Shown here: in pieces, positions 1-20,955 of the stretch
How the letters are laid out: each line of letters opens with the position of its first letter
Numbering within the stretch: the stretch's first letter is position 1
Source: Zygnema circumcarinatum SAG 698-1b
Taxonomy: Eukaryota > Plantae > Zygnematophyceae
Reading direction: 5' to 3'
Assembly (NCBI GenBank): GCA_037447605.1
Contig: CM074810.1
Location: 1,460,880-1,524,879 of the forward strand
Length of the DNA: 64,000 nucleotides
Notes under the pieces: model-generated
Told to the model about the DNA's origin: nothing
The model's database searches: none
Seen by the model: the letters and a program-made list of their open reading frames with translations, nothing else
Made by a program: the position numbers and the translations under genes

Positions 1-185
1 AATTAAAAGGATGAAAATTATTAGGGTTCTTTCGGTCACCTCGGTTAACCGACCTTCCCCACCGATATCGGACCTTTATTTTCTCCCTTACTAGAGATTT
101 TTTACAAAGGTTTGACGTTATTCCAGGTGACAACAAAAGGAAGGGAGCGACAAAAAAGATTGTACGTCTTGATTGTGGTACAAAC

Positions 186-1885
186 CTGATTACTGGCAAT
201 GAGTTGGAGCACTTCAGCTCTTTTTTTAAATGCCGGAAGTCGCTCTCGATTGCGCTTCATTGCCTTCACTGCCGGAAAAGCCTGCACCTCCTCGTACCAT
301 TCAATGTGCTTTCGGGAGAGTGAGAGGGAGGAGAGAGAGAGAGAGGGTGAGGGAGTGAGGTAGAGGGAGAAAGAGTGGAGAGAGAGAGGGGAAGAAGGGA
401 GAGGGAGCGGGAGAGAGACAGGGAGAGAGAGGGAGAGGGAGAGAGGAGAGAGGGAGAGGGGGAGAAATAGGGAGAGAGGGAGGGGGAGAAAGGGAGAGAG
501 GGAGAGAGAGGGAGAGGGAGTGGGCGAGGGAGGGAAAGCGAGAGAAAGAAAATTCTAATCATTGAGGATTCAGTTTTGAAATAAACAGATGTTATAGAGC
601 ACAGTTGTTGACAGCAATTTGTCATATAACAGCACCAGGTTTAGCTTCCAATGTGTTTTCTCTCCCACCTGCAATCTCCTCTGCCTCTCCTGCAGGGCAG
701 CCCCCAGCCTCTCCGCAGCAGGGTCACTACCACTCTCCCGCCCACCTTCTCCATCCACCTCCATGGCCTCTCCTCTCCCTCTCCCCTCTCTCTCACTATT
801 CCCCTCCCTTCCATTCGGAACACCAGCTGCTTCCGCCGCCCTCTTCTCTCCTCTCCCTTCTCTCTCACCACTCCCTTCACCTTCTCCTTCATCCCAAGCT
901 CCCGGCACAGCCCTGCCCTTCTCTGCCCCTGCAGAAGAGGACCCTCCCTCTCTCTCCCCGCCACGTGCATAGGGCCCTCCATTAGAAGTTGCCAATAGAC
1001 GAGCTACACGTGTTTCCGTCTCCTGCGACATATTTATCTGAAATGCAAGATGCCAGGTATTGAGCTTATGGGATTATTTTCATTATAAGAAAAGGTCTCA
1101 GGCTTTAGGATTGGCGGTTTTCCAAGGCTTCAGTTTCATCAGCTTAAGTATTTGAAGATTCAACTCCGGGTTTAAGGGTTCAGGGGTTTTAAAAGGTTTT
1201 CAAGCTTTAGAAGGTGAAGGCTTTGTCTGCTTTAGGCTTAGATGATTCGATATTCAAATATTTTGGGCGCTATTTACATGTCAACCAACCTGCCTAATTC
1301 TTGACCAGCCTTACAGCCACAAACTTCAAAGCAATTCAGCAGGAAACCCCCAAGTATAACATCATCTAAAGTTTCATGAAGCTGAGTAAATAGAAGTTGT
1401 ACGATACCTCTCGCTCCGACCGGCCATGGCGGGTATCGAGGTCTGCTCGGTAATTGGGCAAAGGCACTTTGCTTATTACCACCACAGTATTCACTCCTTT
1501 CCCATATGTTTTGCTGAAAAAATAGCAAGCAAGAAATGAGCTTCCTTGTGGGTAAGGCCTTACTGTAGCACTTTTTTATTGTTGAATTCAACTGACATCC
1601 ATGTATGGTTAATTCTTTTGAAGCTAGTAATCTATGTAATAGTACCAACCCCCCCCCCGAGAGGCATGGGAATCCCATAGGGGTGCACTGACCTACTTAC
1701 AAGTGCAAGCCTTCTTTCTCCGCCATAGATCCAAGCAGGTCCACTCCCTCCCTCCCATAGTTTTCCCTAATCAAAATTTCCTGCTTTGATGAACTTTGCA
1801 ATTCTTGCAACTTCGCTGCCGCCTCATTCCGGCCGAGGACCATCGAGGGGCCTTTCTGCAGAGCCATGTGGGGAGATAGATGCAC

Positions 1886-1935
<50 letters not shown>

Positions 1936-3222
1936 AAGGGTTTTTAGCATTCGAGTTTTAGATTCAAGAGTTTCGTGAGACGAAGTACGCATCCAGCCTT
2001 CTTTCAAATTAGACTTCAAACTTTCTATGGATATTCCTTTCCCACATCATTCAACTCCTCTGCTCCAAAGATAGAACGAAAGAGGCGAATTCAGAATTAA
2101 GCAGAAAAACGGAGAAAGGTTAAAAACCTTCAAGAAACTGTGACCAAGTTCGGAACCATAGTTTCGAACAGTTTGGAAAGAACGAAATGAAGCCTCACTC
2201 CATAAGTTGTACCAACGTTAAAAAATATTTCATTCTACCAATGCGGAACCTTTATTTTTTTTAAGAAAAGTGATACTTGGATGCATGACCTTTAATTTCA
2301 TCGGCGATTCTGAGTTTTGAAGGTTTTTCCTTTAGCTTTAGACTTTTCCGCACAATTGACACTTGTAAGAAAGGTGCACATACAAAAGTCACACGCTATC
2401 GAAATTCCAGCTTCCATGCCTTCAGGAGAACCTTCTTTCTTTAATCTCAAATTTAACTAAACTCTTGCTACTCAGACCAAAGCATGATCATAACCTTCGA
2501 CTTAACCCTAACCCTAACTGGCGCTAACTATAATCCTGAAGCTACATTAAGTTAATCATTAAACTGCGGCTTAAACTTGACAGATGTAAGCCTTTCGCAA
2601 ACACTAACCCTAGTTCTAGCCCTAACGCTAAACCTCAACTCTAGAGCCAATCCTAACCCTAATCCTAGCTCTAGAACTTCCTACTATCGCCCTCTGAACT
2701 GAACCCCACTCTCAACCCTAAAACGACCCACATCACTCTCTCGATCTCACCCTCCACTCCTTCCCTCTCTCTCTCTATCACTTAATCTATGTCTTTCTCT
2801 CTACTCTCTCTCTCTCTCACTCCTTCCTCCGTCCTCACCTCAGCCGCCATCTCCGCAAGCCTCTGCGCCCTCCATGCGGGGTCCCACCACCTCTGCCCTC
2901 CTCCGCCTCCTCTCCCACCCCCTCCTCCTCCCCTACCTCCTCCCCCTCTCCCTCCTCCCCCTCTCCCCCCCCCCGCTCCTCCCCCCCCTCCCCTCCCTCT
3001 CCCTCCTCCTCCCCTCATAGCTTCCAAACGCTTTCCTCCCTCCTTCCAACTTCCCTCTCCCCTCCCTGCGGAGCTCAGAGCTCTAGCGAGGCTCCTTGCG
3101 AAACTTCCCCGAAACTCCCCTCTCACGGCGGTAGAGGCGCAAAGACGATGCTCCCCGCCATGGCTCCCGGCCCGCCACGTGGCAGCCAGAGACGGCAGCA
3201 GCAGCCTCTGCAGCCGCTTCAT
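186..3222 (-). CDS. DExH-box RNA helicase, DExH1/DHX36-like, 5' part only (runs off the left edge)
   Basis: GT-AG exons in consistent phase: 3222-2839, 1855-1701, 1513-1408, 1037-669, 281-186. Spliced protein has an RGG-rich N-terminus, QRWWDPAWRAQRL, QEILIRENYGREG, SKVPLPNYRADLD, INMSQETETRVARLL and RERLPAFKKRAEVLQLIASNQ, all typical of the plant DExH1/DHX36 N-terminus. The helicase core lies beyond the window. Confidence 0.9.
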
Positions 3223-4278
3223 GCACGACTCTCCCCCTCCTCCCACCTCCCAACGGAGTGGAACATAGATCCCCGCCGTTCAACTGCTGAACTGCAACTG
3301 CGTACAAAGAAACGATCGTTCTACATCCCGGGCAGTTCCATGTTGAGAATACCGTCCAATTTCACATTCACTACAGAAAAACTATATAATTTTGAAATTA
3401 TTTTCGACGAGTCAAAAACGTTTCTATGTGCCCGGAAACACGTGACAGCCAAACATTGGATGAAAATGGCCTTTGTCGGCCTGCCCTGTTGTGAAATCAA
3501 ACCGTTGACCGTTGATTCGTTGACCCACTGATCCATTGACTGGTTGACCCGTTGACCTTATTTTCGTACGAATTCGTACTCCATATGGTCCAAAAGGTAT
3601 GACTGTACGGACGAAACCGCTTGTCGTTTACAAACGGCTCTCTTCAGGTCGTCGCCGTCTCCTTCAGTCAACGCGCTTGGAGGGCCTGCCGCCACGTGTC
3701 CCGCCCTGCCGGCCATGGCTGCCGGTAAAGGCCCGTCGCGGGCCGCCCGAGGCGTTGTCTCCCGCCTCGGACAGGGCCTGGGGTTTAGGGCCTGAACCCT
3801 GGGAGCCTGCCTGCCTGCCGCAGGGTTTTGGAAGTAAGGGTTTCAAACTTCCTCAGTTGCACGACCCTTTTTTTGTTCGGCGTTTTTCAGGTCAGGGAGG
3901 GCTTCGAGGGCTGGTTGGAAAGGGTTTTAGATTTAAGGATTTTTCAGGCCTTGAAAGGATTCAGAGTTTGAAGCTTGCTCAGGATTTAGGGTTCAGGCTC
4001 TTCTTTTCAGCGTCTACATGGTCGGGAGAGCAGCGCAGTTACGCCCTTCAGTAGAAAGGTCAAACCCTAACCCGCATGGAACCCCCGCCCGCTCGTCCCA
4101 GGGTGCAGACTCCCACGACGCCTCGCTGAACCCTTCCTGTCCCCTTCCCTTTGCAAACCCTAATGATCGATACTCGGAGGAAAGGTTCAGGGTTAGGGAA
4201 AATTCCGAGCTCCTTCCTCCGCCGCGCTTCCCGCCGCCGGTGCTGCATCCACGTTGCCATGGCCGTCTGAACACCGCC

Positions 4279-9010
<4,732 letters not shown>

Positions 9011-9612
9011 AACTATCTACGGAAAACACCAAAGCTTATATATTCCACGGAAGTTCAAGAAATTCTGCGCAAAGTTTAACGGAGGGGAGATGCTGTTCTC
9101 CGGCTCTGCTACGCCGTCGATATCTTTAGAGGGGACTACCTCTCCGGCTTATAATTTCTCGACCAGGAATGGAGGCCCTCTCGTGCAGAGCAGAGCCCTT
9201 CAGAGAGTTTAAAAGCTGTACTGTTTTAGAGCATTAGGGGTTAGTGGGAGACCGTGACCGTGACCGTGACGTGACGTCCCTTAATCACAAGCTTGGTGGC
9301 TTAGGGCCTGCGTTCCATGGTTGCTTACGCATGTACATATATGTGAATAAACGAAAAGGTAGTACTGTTATTCAATGTGCAGCCTTTGCTCACTTCTTTT
9401 CTATTGATGTGTGAAAAACTTGTGTGCTCTCATATCCGAGCTTTGGCAGGCATGAAATTGGAATGAGCAATGCTGGGACACTGTGGGATGTCTGCATGTC
9501 CCATGTAGACAGTTACTGTGGCAGGAAACGGATCCGTGGGGGACGTACATGGAACGCCGTTGATCGATTTTTGACGGATCACAGTTCATCTTTCGGCAAC
9601 TTGGTCCCATTA

Positions 9613-9769
9613 GGGGGTGTCAGACTTAAAAAATTTCAGTACGCGTGTTCGTAAGTTTGACATCAGAACGAGTACTCCAGTATAATCGCGATCCTCTTGC
9701 GGCGGAGTACTTTCGTAACCTATTTTTTCTTAACGCTTTTCGTAAGATTTTGTTAAGTCTGACACCCCC
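9613..9769. mobile_element. MITE, 157 bp, 17-bp perfect TIRs, TA target duplication
   Basis: TA|GGGGGTGTCAGACTTAA at 9611-9629 and TTAAGTCTGACACCCCC|TA at 9753-9771. No coding capacity. Confidence 0.8.
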
Positions 9770-9849
9770 TATTGTCCATGTGTAGCACTGAAGGGGGCTG
9801 GGACTAACCTTGGATGCTCTTGACTGGTCTGATTGGCAGTTGACACAGG

Positions 9850-10095
9850 CAATAGTTGGCCGTCCAATGGTTGGCAACCATTAGATCCATTGGTTGGCTG
9901 GATCGCGAATCGATGGTTGGCAATGGCTGATCCCACCAATAATTCGACCTTTGCAAAATTGCACAGGTCGGACCAGTAGGCCAACCATTCGATTGCTGCC
10001 AACCATTGGCGCTGGATCGAAATGACCGTTCGAATGGTCCGGAACCAGTGGATGCGAATGCTTGCCAACCATTCGACTGGTTGCGAACCATTTAG
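9850..10095. repeat. CCAATGGTTGG/CCAACCATT palindromic-motif cluster (dispersed family, copy 1)
   Basis: Repeated ATGGTTGG/CCAACCAT in both orientations. Shares AATGCTTGCCAACCATT (10057-10073) with 37677-37693. Confidence 0.6.
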
Positions 10096-10324
10096 ACGTC
10101 CGTTCTTTGGCTACGCGCACGCCTTTCTATGGACTACAAAGTTCACGTCGCCGTAAAACGCTTCCTCGGTTCCGCAGTTCCACCTGTCGTCCTCGGCAAC
10201 TGAACGAACATAGAAAATCTCGATCCAGAAAATTCATGGAATTCACGAAATTTTCTACTGCCCGACATAATTTTCATCCCCTTCCCTTTCAGTACCGTAC
10301 CCGATACTACAGTACTGTACAGTA

Positions 10325-10791
10325 CAGTCTAATCACGTTATAGTGACTGTGTCGGTCCCCACATGTTTGTGTCACTATATCGGTAATGACCCGTTTGTCA
10401 TTTCACATTTATAGTAACAATGTTATTAGATATGTTTTTGCGGTATATCCGTACGCCTTTGATACCGTACATTGTACTTTTTGGGCAGTCGTCCCGTGGG
10501 TAGGTGTGTACGAACCCTAGTGAACATGTGTACGGTCAAGTCGATATCTGACGGTATTAGTCGAGAATGTGTACGGTCGTAATATATTTGATAACGCATA
10601 TTCCAATACGTGGGTGGATAATATCGATATTTTGAACATATAGTAACAATTAGGGCTTTTCAGCGTCGTTATATCCGTAACGACGTCACTACTGGCGCAG
10701 GATCTGCAGTGGTGCAATTCCGTTCCCGGAAAAAAAGTCAGTATATCCATGCTGTACTTATAAACAGTGTCACTATAACGTGATTAGGCTG
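10325..10791. mobile_element. Tc1/mariner-type MITE, 467 bp, TA target duplication
   Basis: TA|CAGTCTAATCACGTTATAGTGAC at 10323-10347 and GTCACTATAACGTGATTAGGCTG|TA at 10769-10793: 23-bp TIR with one mismatch, CAG terminus. Confidence 0.82.
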
Positions 10792-10930
10792 TAAAGGGAA
10801 TTGGGAATGCCGGTGGGCGGTGCTGCCCTTCGGGCAAAAAAAAAACGTTTCTTCGTCAGGAGGCCCAGAAATTTAGATACTTTTACTTACAGCATGGAAA
10901 GGGTCCGTTTGAGCATGTGGCGCAGATTTC

Positions 10931-10940
10931 TCCCACAGCG
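10931..10940 (+). promoter_or_regulatory. USE-like snRNA upstream sequence element
   Basis: TCCCACAGCG matches the plant USE consensus TCCCACATCG at 9 of 10 positions and starts 66 bp upstream of the U1 5' end. Confidence 0.6.
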
Positions 10941-10996
10941 AATTCCGCGCTATGTTTCGGCGGCCCTACTTACCCGGTGGCAGAAGAGAAAGAAGT

Positions 10997-11157
10997 ATAC
11001 TTACCTGGGCGGGGTCAATCGGTGATCAGGAAGGCCGATGGCCTAGGGTAGGGCGCGCCATTGCACTACGGCGGGCCCGATCCCTAGCACGCCGGAACTC
11101 CCGGTGATGTACGCCATAATTTGTGTCAGCGGGGGCCTGCGCTTGCGCGGCCCCTAC
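10997..11157 (+). ncRNA. U1: U1 spliceosomal snRNA
   Basis: Starts ATACTTACCTGG. Has the U1-70K-type loop GATCAGGAAG, the U1A loop ATTGCACT, the Sm site ATAATTTGTG and a GC-rich terminal hairpin GGGGCCTGCGCTTGCGCGGCCCC. Length about 160 nt. Confidence 0.95.
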
Positions 11158-11763
11158 AATTAAATTCAAAAATGGTAATTAATTTTTGTTTGCAATATTT
11201 TAAGCCGAGTTTGATCGTATAGAAAATTTAAAGCAGAACTACACAGACAGTTTGGTACAAGGGTTAATATTAAGTATCCGTTGGCGGAACGAGTAGCAGA
11301 ACTTTACCCCTTTTTGATGCCTTCACCGTTTCTCACCTAAAGAAAAGGGATTCATCCGAAGTCTCCAATCAGGTTGACCTATTTTATCGAAGTGATTCTC
11401 ATGATCAATTTCTAATTGGCGATGGAACGGGACACTTGTCAAAGTCCCAATGGGTTATCGTGTTTGGGAAGAAAGAGAAAGGGAATATTCTCTTCTAAAT
11501 ACTGAATTGTAGCAACGCCAACTATCACACAAAACATCGAACTCTAATGAAGTAACATATGAGTACATTCTTCCAACAGCGTACAAGCATGACTAGTTAA
11601 CGCAAACCATGTAAAGTGCATTTTTCCAAACCAAACAATGCGATATGCGATGCGGCCTTGCAAAGGCACAAAAAGGTCACTCATAAAGCTGGCAAGCATA
11701 AACAAACACACCGTGATTTGCGCAACTTGACGAACGAAAATTGGAGTGAGATTTTCAAAAAAG

Positions 11764-11835
11764 TGCGCCGGCCGGGAGTCGAACCCGGGTCTGATGCTTG
11801 GAAGGCATCTATCCTGACCGTTGGACTACCGGCGC
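11764..11835 (-). tRNA. tRNA-Gly (anticodon TCC), intron-less
   Basis: Reverse complement GCGCCGGTAGTCCAACGGTCAGGATAGATGCCTTCCAAGCATCAGACCCGGGTTCGACTCCCGGCCGGCGCA folds as a cloverleaf: GATGC/GCATC anticodon stem, TCC anticodon, GGTTCGA T-loop. A T6 Pol III terminator follows. Confidence 0.97.
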
Positions 11836-12039
11836 GCTGTGAAGGTGAAGGTTCAATTAAACAGTTTACATATTCAAATTATTTCTCACATTATCCGAAC
11901 GAGCGGCTGCGCGGCATCCATTGGCCACAGCTTGGAGGGTTTTTTGCGCGGCCTGAGCGGGAGAGAGGGAGTGGGAGAGGAGAGAGAGGGAGAGTAGCTC
12001 GCTCTCGCTTGCAGAGCAGAAAGGGGAGCCGACGCAGCC

Positions 12040-16737
<4,698 letters not shown>

Positions 16738-17882
16738 GGGAGAGGCTGCTGTTCAGTTTATTAGAGCAGGTGGGAGTGTGGGGAGGAATTGAAGAGATGG
16801 GGCTGTCTTTGGGAAAGGTAGGAGGATGTAGGTACATAGGAAAACCCTCTCGTGAGCTTCTCCGTTGCGTTACGTTTATTCCATTGAACGGATACTTTTG
16901 TAATGTCGCTGTTATATAGAGAGGAGGCGAGAAGAACTTCTGGAAGGCAGAGATCCTCGCCTCTCGTAGGTGGCTTTCTTTCGGAAAATCTGTTCCGTAA
17001 ATGCAAAATATTCCGCAAATTGATCATTGGATCTGAACGGAGTCAAATCTGATTTATTAGGTCACATTGTATGTCTTTGGATGTCCCCATTGTAGGGAGG
17101 GCATCTGTTGAGGATACTGTACGCAAACGCATTACGCATTATCACATATAAAAATAAAAAACAAAATGCAACCAAGGCAGCTTGCTATTGGCTCACGCCT
17201 TTAAAGGTATCCTCAATGCATCCCAACCTGAGAAACAATGGCAAACCCAGGGATGGTCGAGAAGTCGGTTACTAGTTTAGGTTGGTAAACCTTACGAGCC
17301 AAACTGATGACAAGGCGCCACAGGTGAGAGCGAGGAGGGAGGCTCTGTCTCATCGTTTCATCAATGAGGACGCACTGCGGCCAGTCGTAGGACACTCCGC
17401 AGTTTTAATTGTTCACATGCTCGACCTGGGACAAAGAAAAGTCGGTAGGACCTAAAAAATCGAAAAAAAAACGCCAGTTATGATTTATTCATTCAAGTGG
17501 ATTTGGTGTACCATACAACCTCGAGGGAGGCCGAAGGGAGAGGTGTGAAGAGCGAAGTGCGAAAGTAGTAAGAGAGGGAGGGAGTCTGCGAGGCAGAAGG
17601 GAGGTGAGCAAGTGAAACAAGTGGAGAGGTAGAGAGAGTGGGAAGCTGAAGAGAGAGGTGAGGGGAAGGGAGCAGTGAACCAACGGAAGAGGGCGAGACA
17701 AGGAGATGGGGAAGATAGATAGAGAAAGAGTGAGAGGGAGCATTACCATGGATATCATCCTCCAGTTTCTTTTGAAGATTATGAAATATAAGGAGCGCGC
17801 GTCCCTTGACCTTGAAGAAGAACAAACGTTGGCGTTGGGAGGGATCTTCGCAAGGCATGAAGAAGACAGTTTTGTTTCCGTG

Positions 17883-18190
17883 ACCCTAGCCCCTAGCCTA
17901 GCCCCTAGCCCCTAGCCCTAGCCCCTAGCCCTAGCCCCTAGCCCTAGCCCCTAGCCCCTAGCCCCTAGCCCCTAGCCCCTAGCCCCTAGCCCCTAGCCCC
18001 TAGCCCCTAGCCCCTAGCCCCTAGCCCCTAGCCCCTAGACCCTAGCCCCTAGCCCCTAGCCCCCCTAGCCCCTAGCCCCTAGCCCCTAGCCCCCCCAGCC
18101 CCCAGCCCCTAGCCCCTAGCCCCTAGCCCATAGCCCCTAGCCCTAGCCCCTAGCCCCTAGCCCCTAGCGCCTAGCCCTAGCTCCTAGCCC
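17883..18190. repeat. (CCCCTAG)n telomere-variant tandem array abutting the cytochrome c6A 3' end
   Basis: About 40 slightly degenerate 6-7 bp units (CTAGGGG on the minus strand). Confidence 0.95.
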
Positions 18191-20058
18191 CTGCCTGCCA
18201 GCTGTCCTCTTTGGCGGTTCGCAGCACGAAGTCCGCGAGGGCGCGCACCGCCTCCTCGCTGAGCCGCGGACCGAACGTGCACTGCCCGCGGGGGGCGCAC
18301 TGCTCGCCGTACCCCTGCCGGTACGGAGCAAGAGGGAGAGGGAGAGAGAGAGAGTGAGGGAGAGGGAGAGGGAGGGAGAGGGAGGGGGAGGGGAGGGGGA
18401 GGGGAGGGGGAGGGGAGGGGAGGGGGAGGGGGAGGGGAGGGGAGGGGAGGGGAGGGGGAGGGGAGGGGGAGGGGGAGGGGAGGGGGAGGGGAGGGGAGGG
18501 GGAGGGGAGGGGGAGAGGGATAGAGAGAGGGGGAGAGGGAGAGGAAGGGGAGAGGGAGAGGGAGAGGAAGAGGGAGTGGACGAAGGAGAGAGGGGGAGAG
18601 GGAGAGGAGAGATGGAGAGGGGAGGGGGAGGGGGAAAGAGAGAGTGGGAGAGAGAGAGGGAAAAACGTGAAAGTAAGAGAGAGAGTGTTTGTGTGTGTGG
18701 GTAAGAGAGAGAGTTAGGCTGTCAAAAAGGAAACGAAGGAAAGCAACAAATAACTTCAAAGGAAGGACGAGGGGAGGGCAGTCACCGGCATGCGACCCTT
18801 CCCAAAATATGTGATGTTGAAAATGGCCTCCTCGGTATCTACCCCATTTCTGCATCCGGGCAATGAAAAAGGGCAATGGTTGTCAGCATTTCGCAGCCTT
18901 AAAAATGTAACTGCATTAGGAGGGGAAGAGGAAAAATGAGGGTTCAGCGTAAAGAAGAGGCTTTTGAGCTACATGTTTTCAGGGTTTAGGGCTCTTAGGG
19001 GTTTTAGGGTTTCCTTAGGTCTTAGGGTTTAGGGTTTTGAGGGAAGTTTTGGGGAGCTTAACGATTTGAACGTACCTTTCAAGTTCAGCAAGGGTCAGCC
19101 CTCTGCCCTGGACGCCCCAAAAAAGCAAATCAAATAAAGGAATTCAAAAAAAATGGAGCAAAATAATTAAACATTCATGTTTTATGTATGCCACTATAAA
19201 CTACCTTGGATTCATTCAATTGCATTTTAATAATTTTTTTTTTTTCGTATGTATGTATATACCGGCTGGAGAATATTTCCCCCTCCGGCGTGGCAGCCAA
19301 CGCAGCTCCGCCCAAAAATTTCGGCGCCGTCGACAGCCATGGCTGCCCCTCCTCCTGCTCGGAGGATTTAGGGTTTGAGGGTTTCAGCAGTGAGGGTTCG
19401 AGGTTCAATTTAGGGTTTAGGGTTTTGAACGGAGGGTTCAAGGTTCAATTTTGCGACCGTACACCCCAAAATTTTGAACCCTAAATCTTGAATCTCAATA
19501 TCGATTCCTGCTCTCTTAACCCTAAACCCTGAAACTTCAAATCTGAGCCCTGAGTCTTAAAACTTCAAATCTTCAACTACAGCCTCTCAAAGACGAAGCT
19601 TCAACCCTAAACTTTCAACCTCAACCCTAAACCCTAAAACTTGAAAACCTGAACCCTGAACATCCAACCTCTTCCTTCAAAGCCCAAACCCTAAACCTTA
19701 TAACTTCAAGCCTAAGCCCTGCACCATTAAACTCAACCCTAAACCCTAAAACTTAGAGGTTGTTAAACCCTGAACCTTGAACCTCAAATTGTAAAACTCA
19801 AACTCTATAACTTTCAGCCTAAACCTGATCCTTGACCCTAAACCCTTAAACCCTAAACAATATAACCCTAAACCCTTAAACCCAACGAGAAAAAACTAGC
19901 CGTATACCGTGAAGAAGCGCTGCAAGTACAACGCCAGCCGCTGCGGCTGAAACCAAAGTGCGGAAATTCCGAGGCTGCTGCGTTTGCTCCATGGAACTCC
20001 CCCCTTCACTTCCACGCACTGTGGAACAGAACGGGATCCGCAACAGCGACATGGACAT
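18177..20058 (-). CDS. Cytochrome c6A, thylakoid lumen
   Basis: Exons 20058-19908, 19354-19263, 19107-19076, 18849-18786, 18314-18177. Bipartite transit peptide, haem motif CVGCH, NGVDTEEAIFNITYFGKGRMP, and the two-Cys loop insertion CAPRGQCTFGPRL that separates c6A from c6. Confidence 0.93.
19365..19890. repeat. Degenerate telomere-like (CCCTAAA/TTTAGGG) tracts in cytochrome c6A intron 1
   Basis: TTAGGG-type at about 19365-19440 and CCCTAA-type at about 19480-19890 on the + strand. Confidence 0.85.
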
Positions 20059-20065
20059 GGATCAG

Positions 20066-20955
20066 CACACGTGGCAACCCTAAAAATGGGGGCAAAGGGA
20101 AAGGGCTTGGAGGAAGGAGAGGCCCATCCGACGGCTTACAGGTTGACATGTGGCCTTCCACTCGCACGTGCGAGTGCCGCCGTGGAGTGATATGTGGCGA
20201 CCTGAGGCTGCCACGTCGGCAGAGCAGTTGTCCGTCAGCGGTCGGGTGACATGGCGTTGCCACGTGGCATGGCAAACAAAGGAGGGCCATCCTAGCGATG
20301 CCACGTGGCGAGCACCTGTTAATCCACGTGGCAAGAAATAGGGCTGGTTTTCGCTCCTCTTCAGGTGCTACGCTGGTACCGTACATAAGTCAAACAAAGT
20401 CAAGTCAATTCAAGAAGGTCAAACTTGAGGCAGGTTTCGGCCTTCCGTCCCCCCACAGAAACGACAAACGTGCCCGCCCGGAACACAGCCCGCCGGTTTG
20501 AAGCCCGCCGGTTCGCCCGTCGCCGGCCGAACTTCACTCGACGTGGCAGTACGACTCGACAGTGATTGGTCCACGTAGCATAGACTGACCGTACAGTGCC
20601 CTGTATGTCCACGTATGCGCCACGTGGAACTAGTCACGTCCCACGAGCTCACACGGAGCTCCAACAGTTGCTACCCCACAATACGACACGTGGCACATCC
20701 AACGGCCAGAGTTCGGAATTCGTAACACGTGGTACATCGACGGTGAGAATACAATGTGCGCTACGTGGCACATCCAACGGTCATGCAGCCCCTTTTTCAG
20801 CATCGGCGCGCCAAGTGGCGTCCAAGCCACTTCCCCCCCGCCACTTGAAATCGTCCACGTCGCAGCTCCGCTATCCTGCCAATTGGAGGGCTCCACGTGG
20901 TAAGCGAAAGGTCGAGGACAGCCGACGCGTGGCCGCCATGTACGGTGCCACGTCG
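20066..20955. promoter_or_regulatory. G-box/ABRE-dense divergent promoter (cytochrome c6A <- -> saccharopine dehydrogenase-like)
   Basis: Nine perfect CACGTG at 20068, 20165, 20261, 20302, 20325, 20621, 20687, 20726 and 20894, plus several ACGTGG/CCACGT half sites. Confidence 0.55.

Noticed and set aside
3599-4054. 151-aa ORF upstream of the RLCK
   Set aside because: It starts on a chance ATG, is partly built from TTAGGG-like sequence and has no recognisable motif. It is probably promoter or 5' UTR.
17706-17915. Plus-strand 69-aa ORF (..MDIILQFLLKIMKYK..)
   Set aside because: No family motif, starts in a GA tract and ends in the tandem array. It is antisense to the better-supported minus-strand candidate exon.
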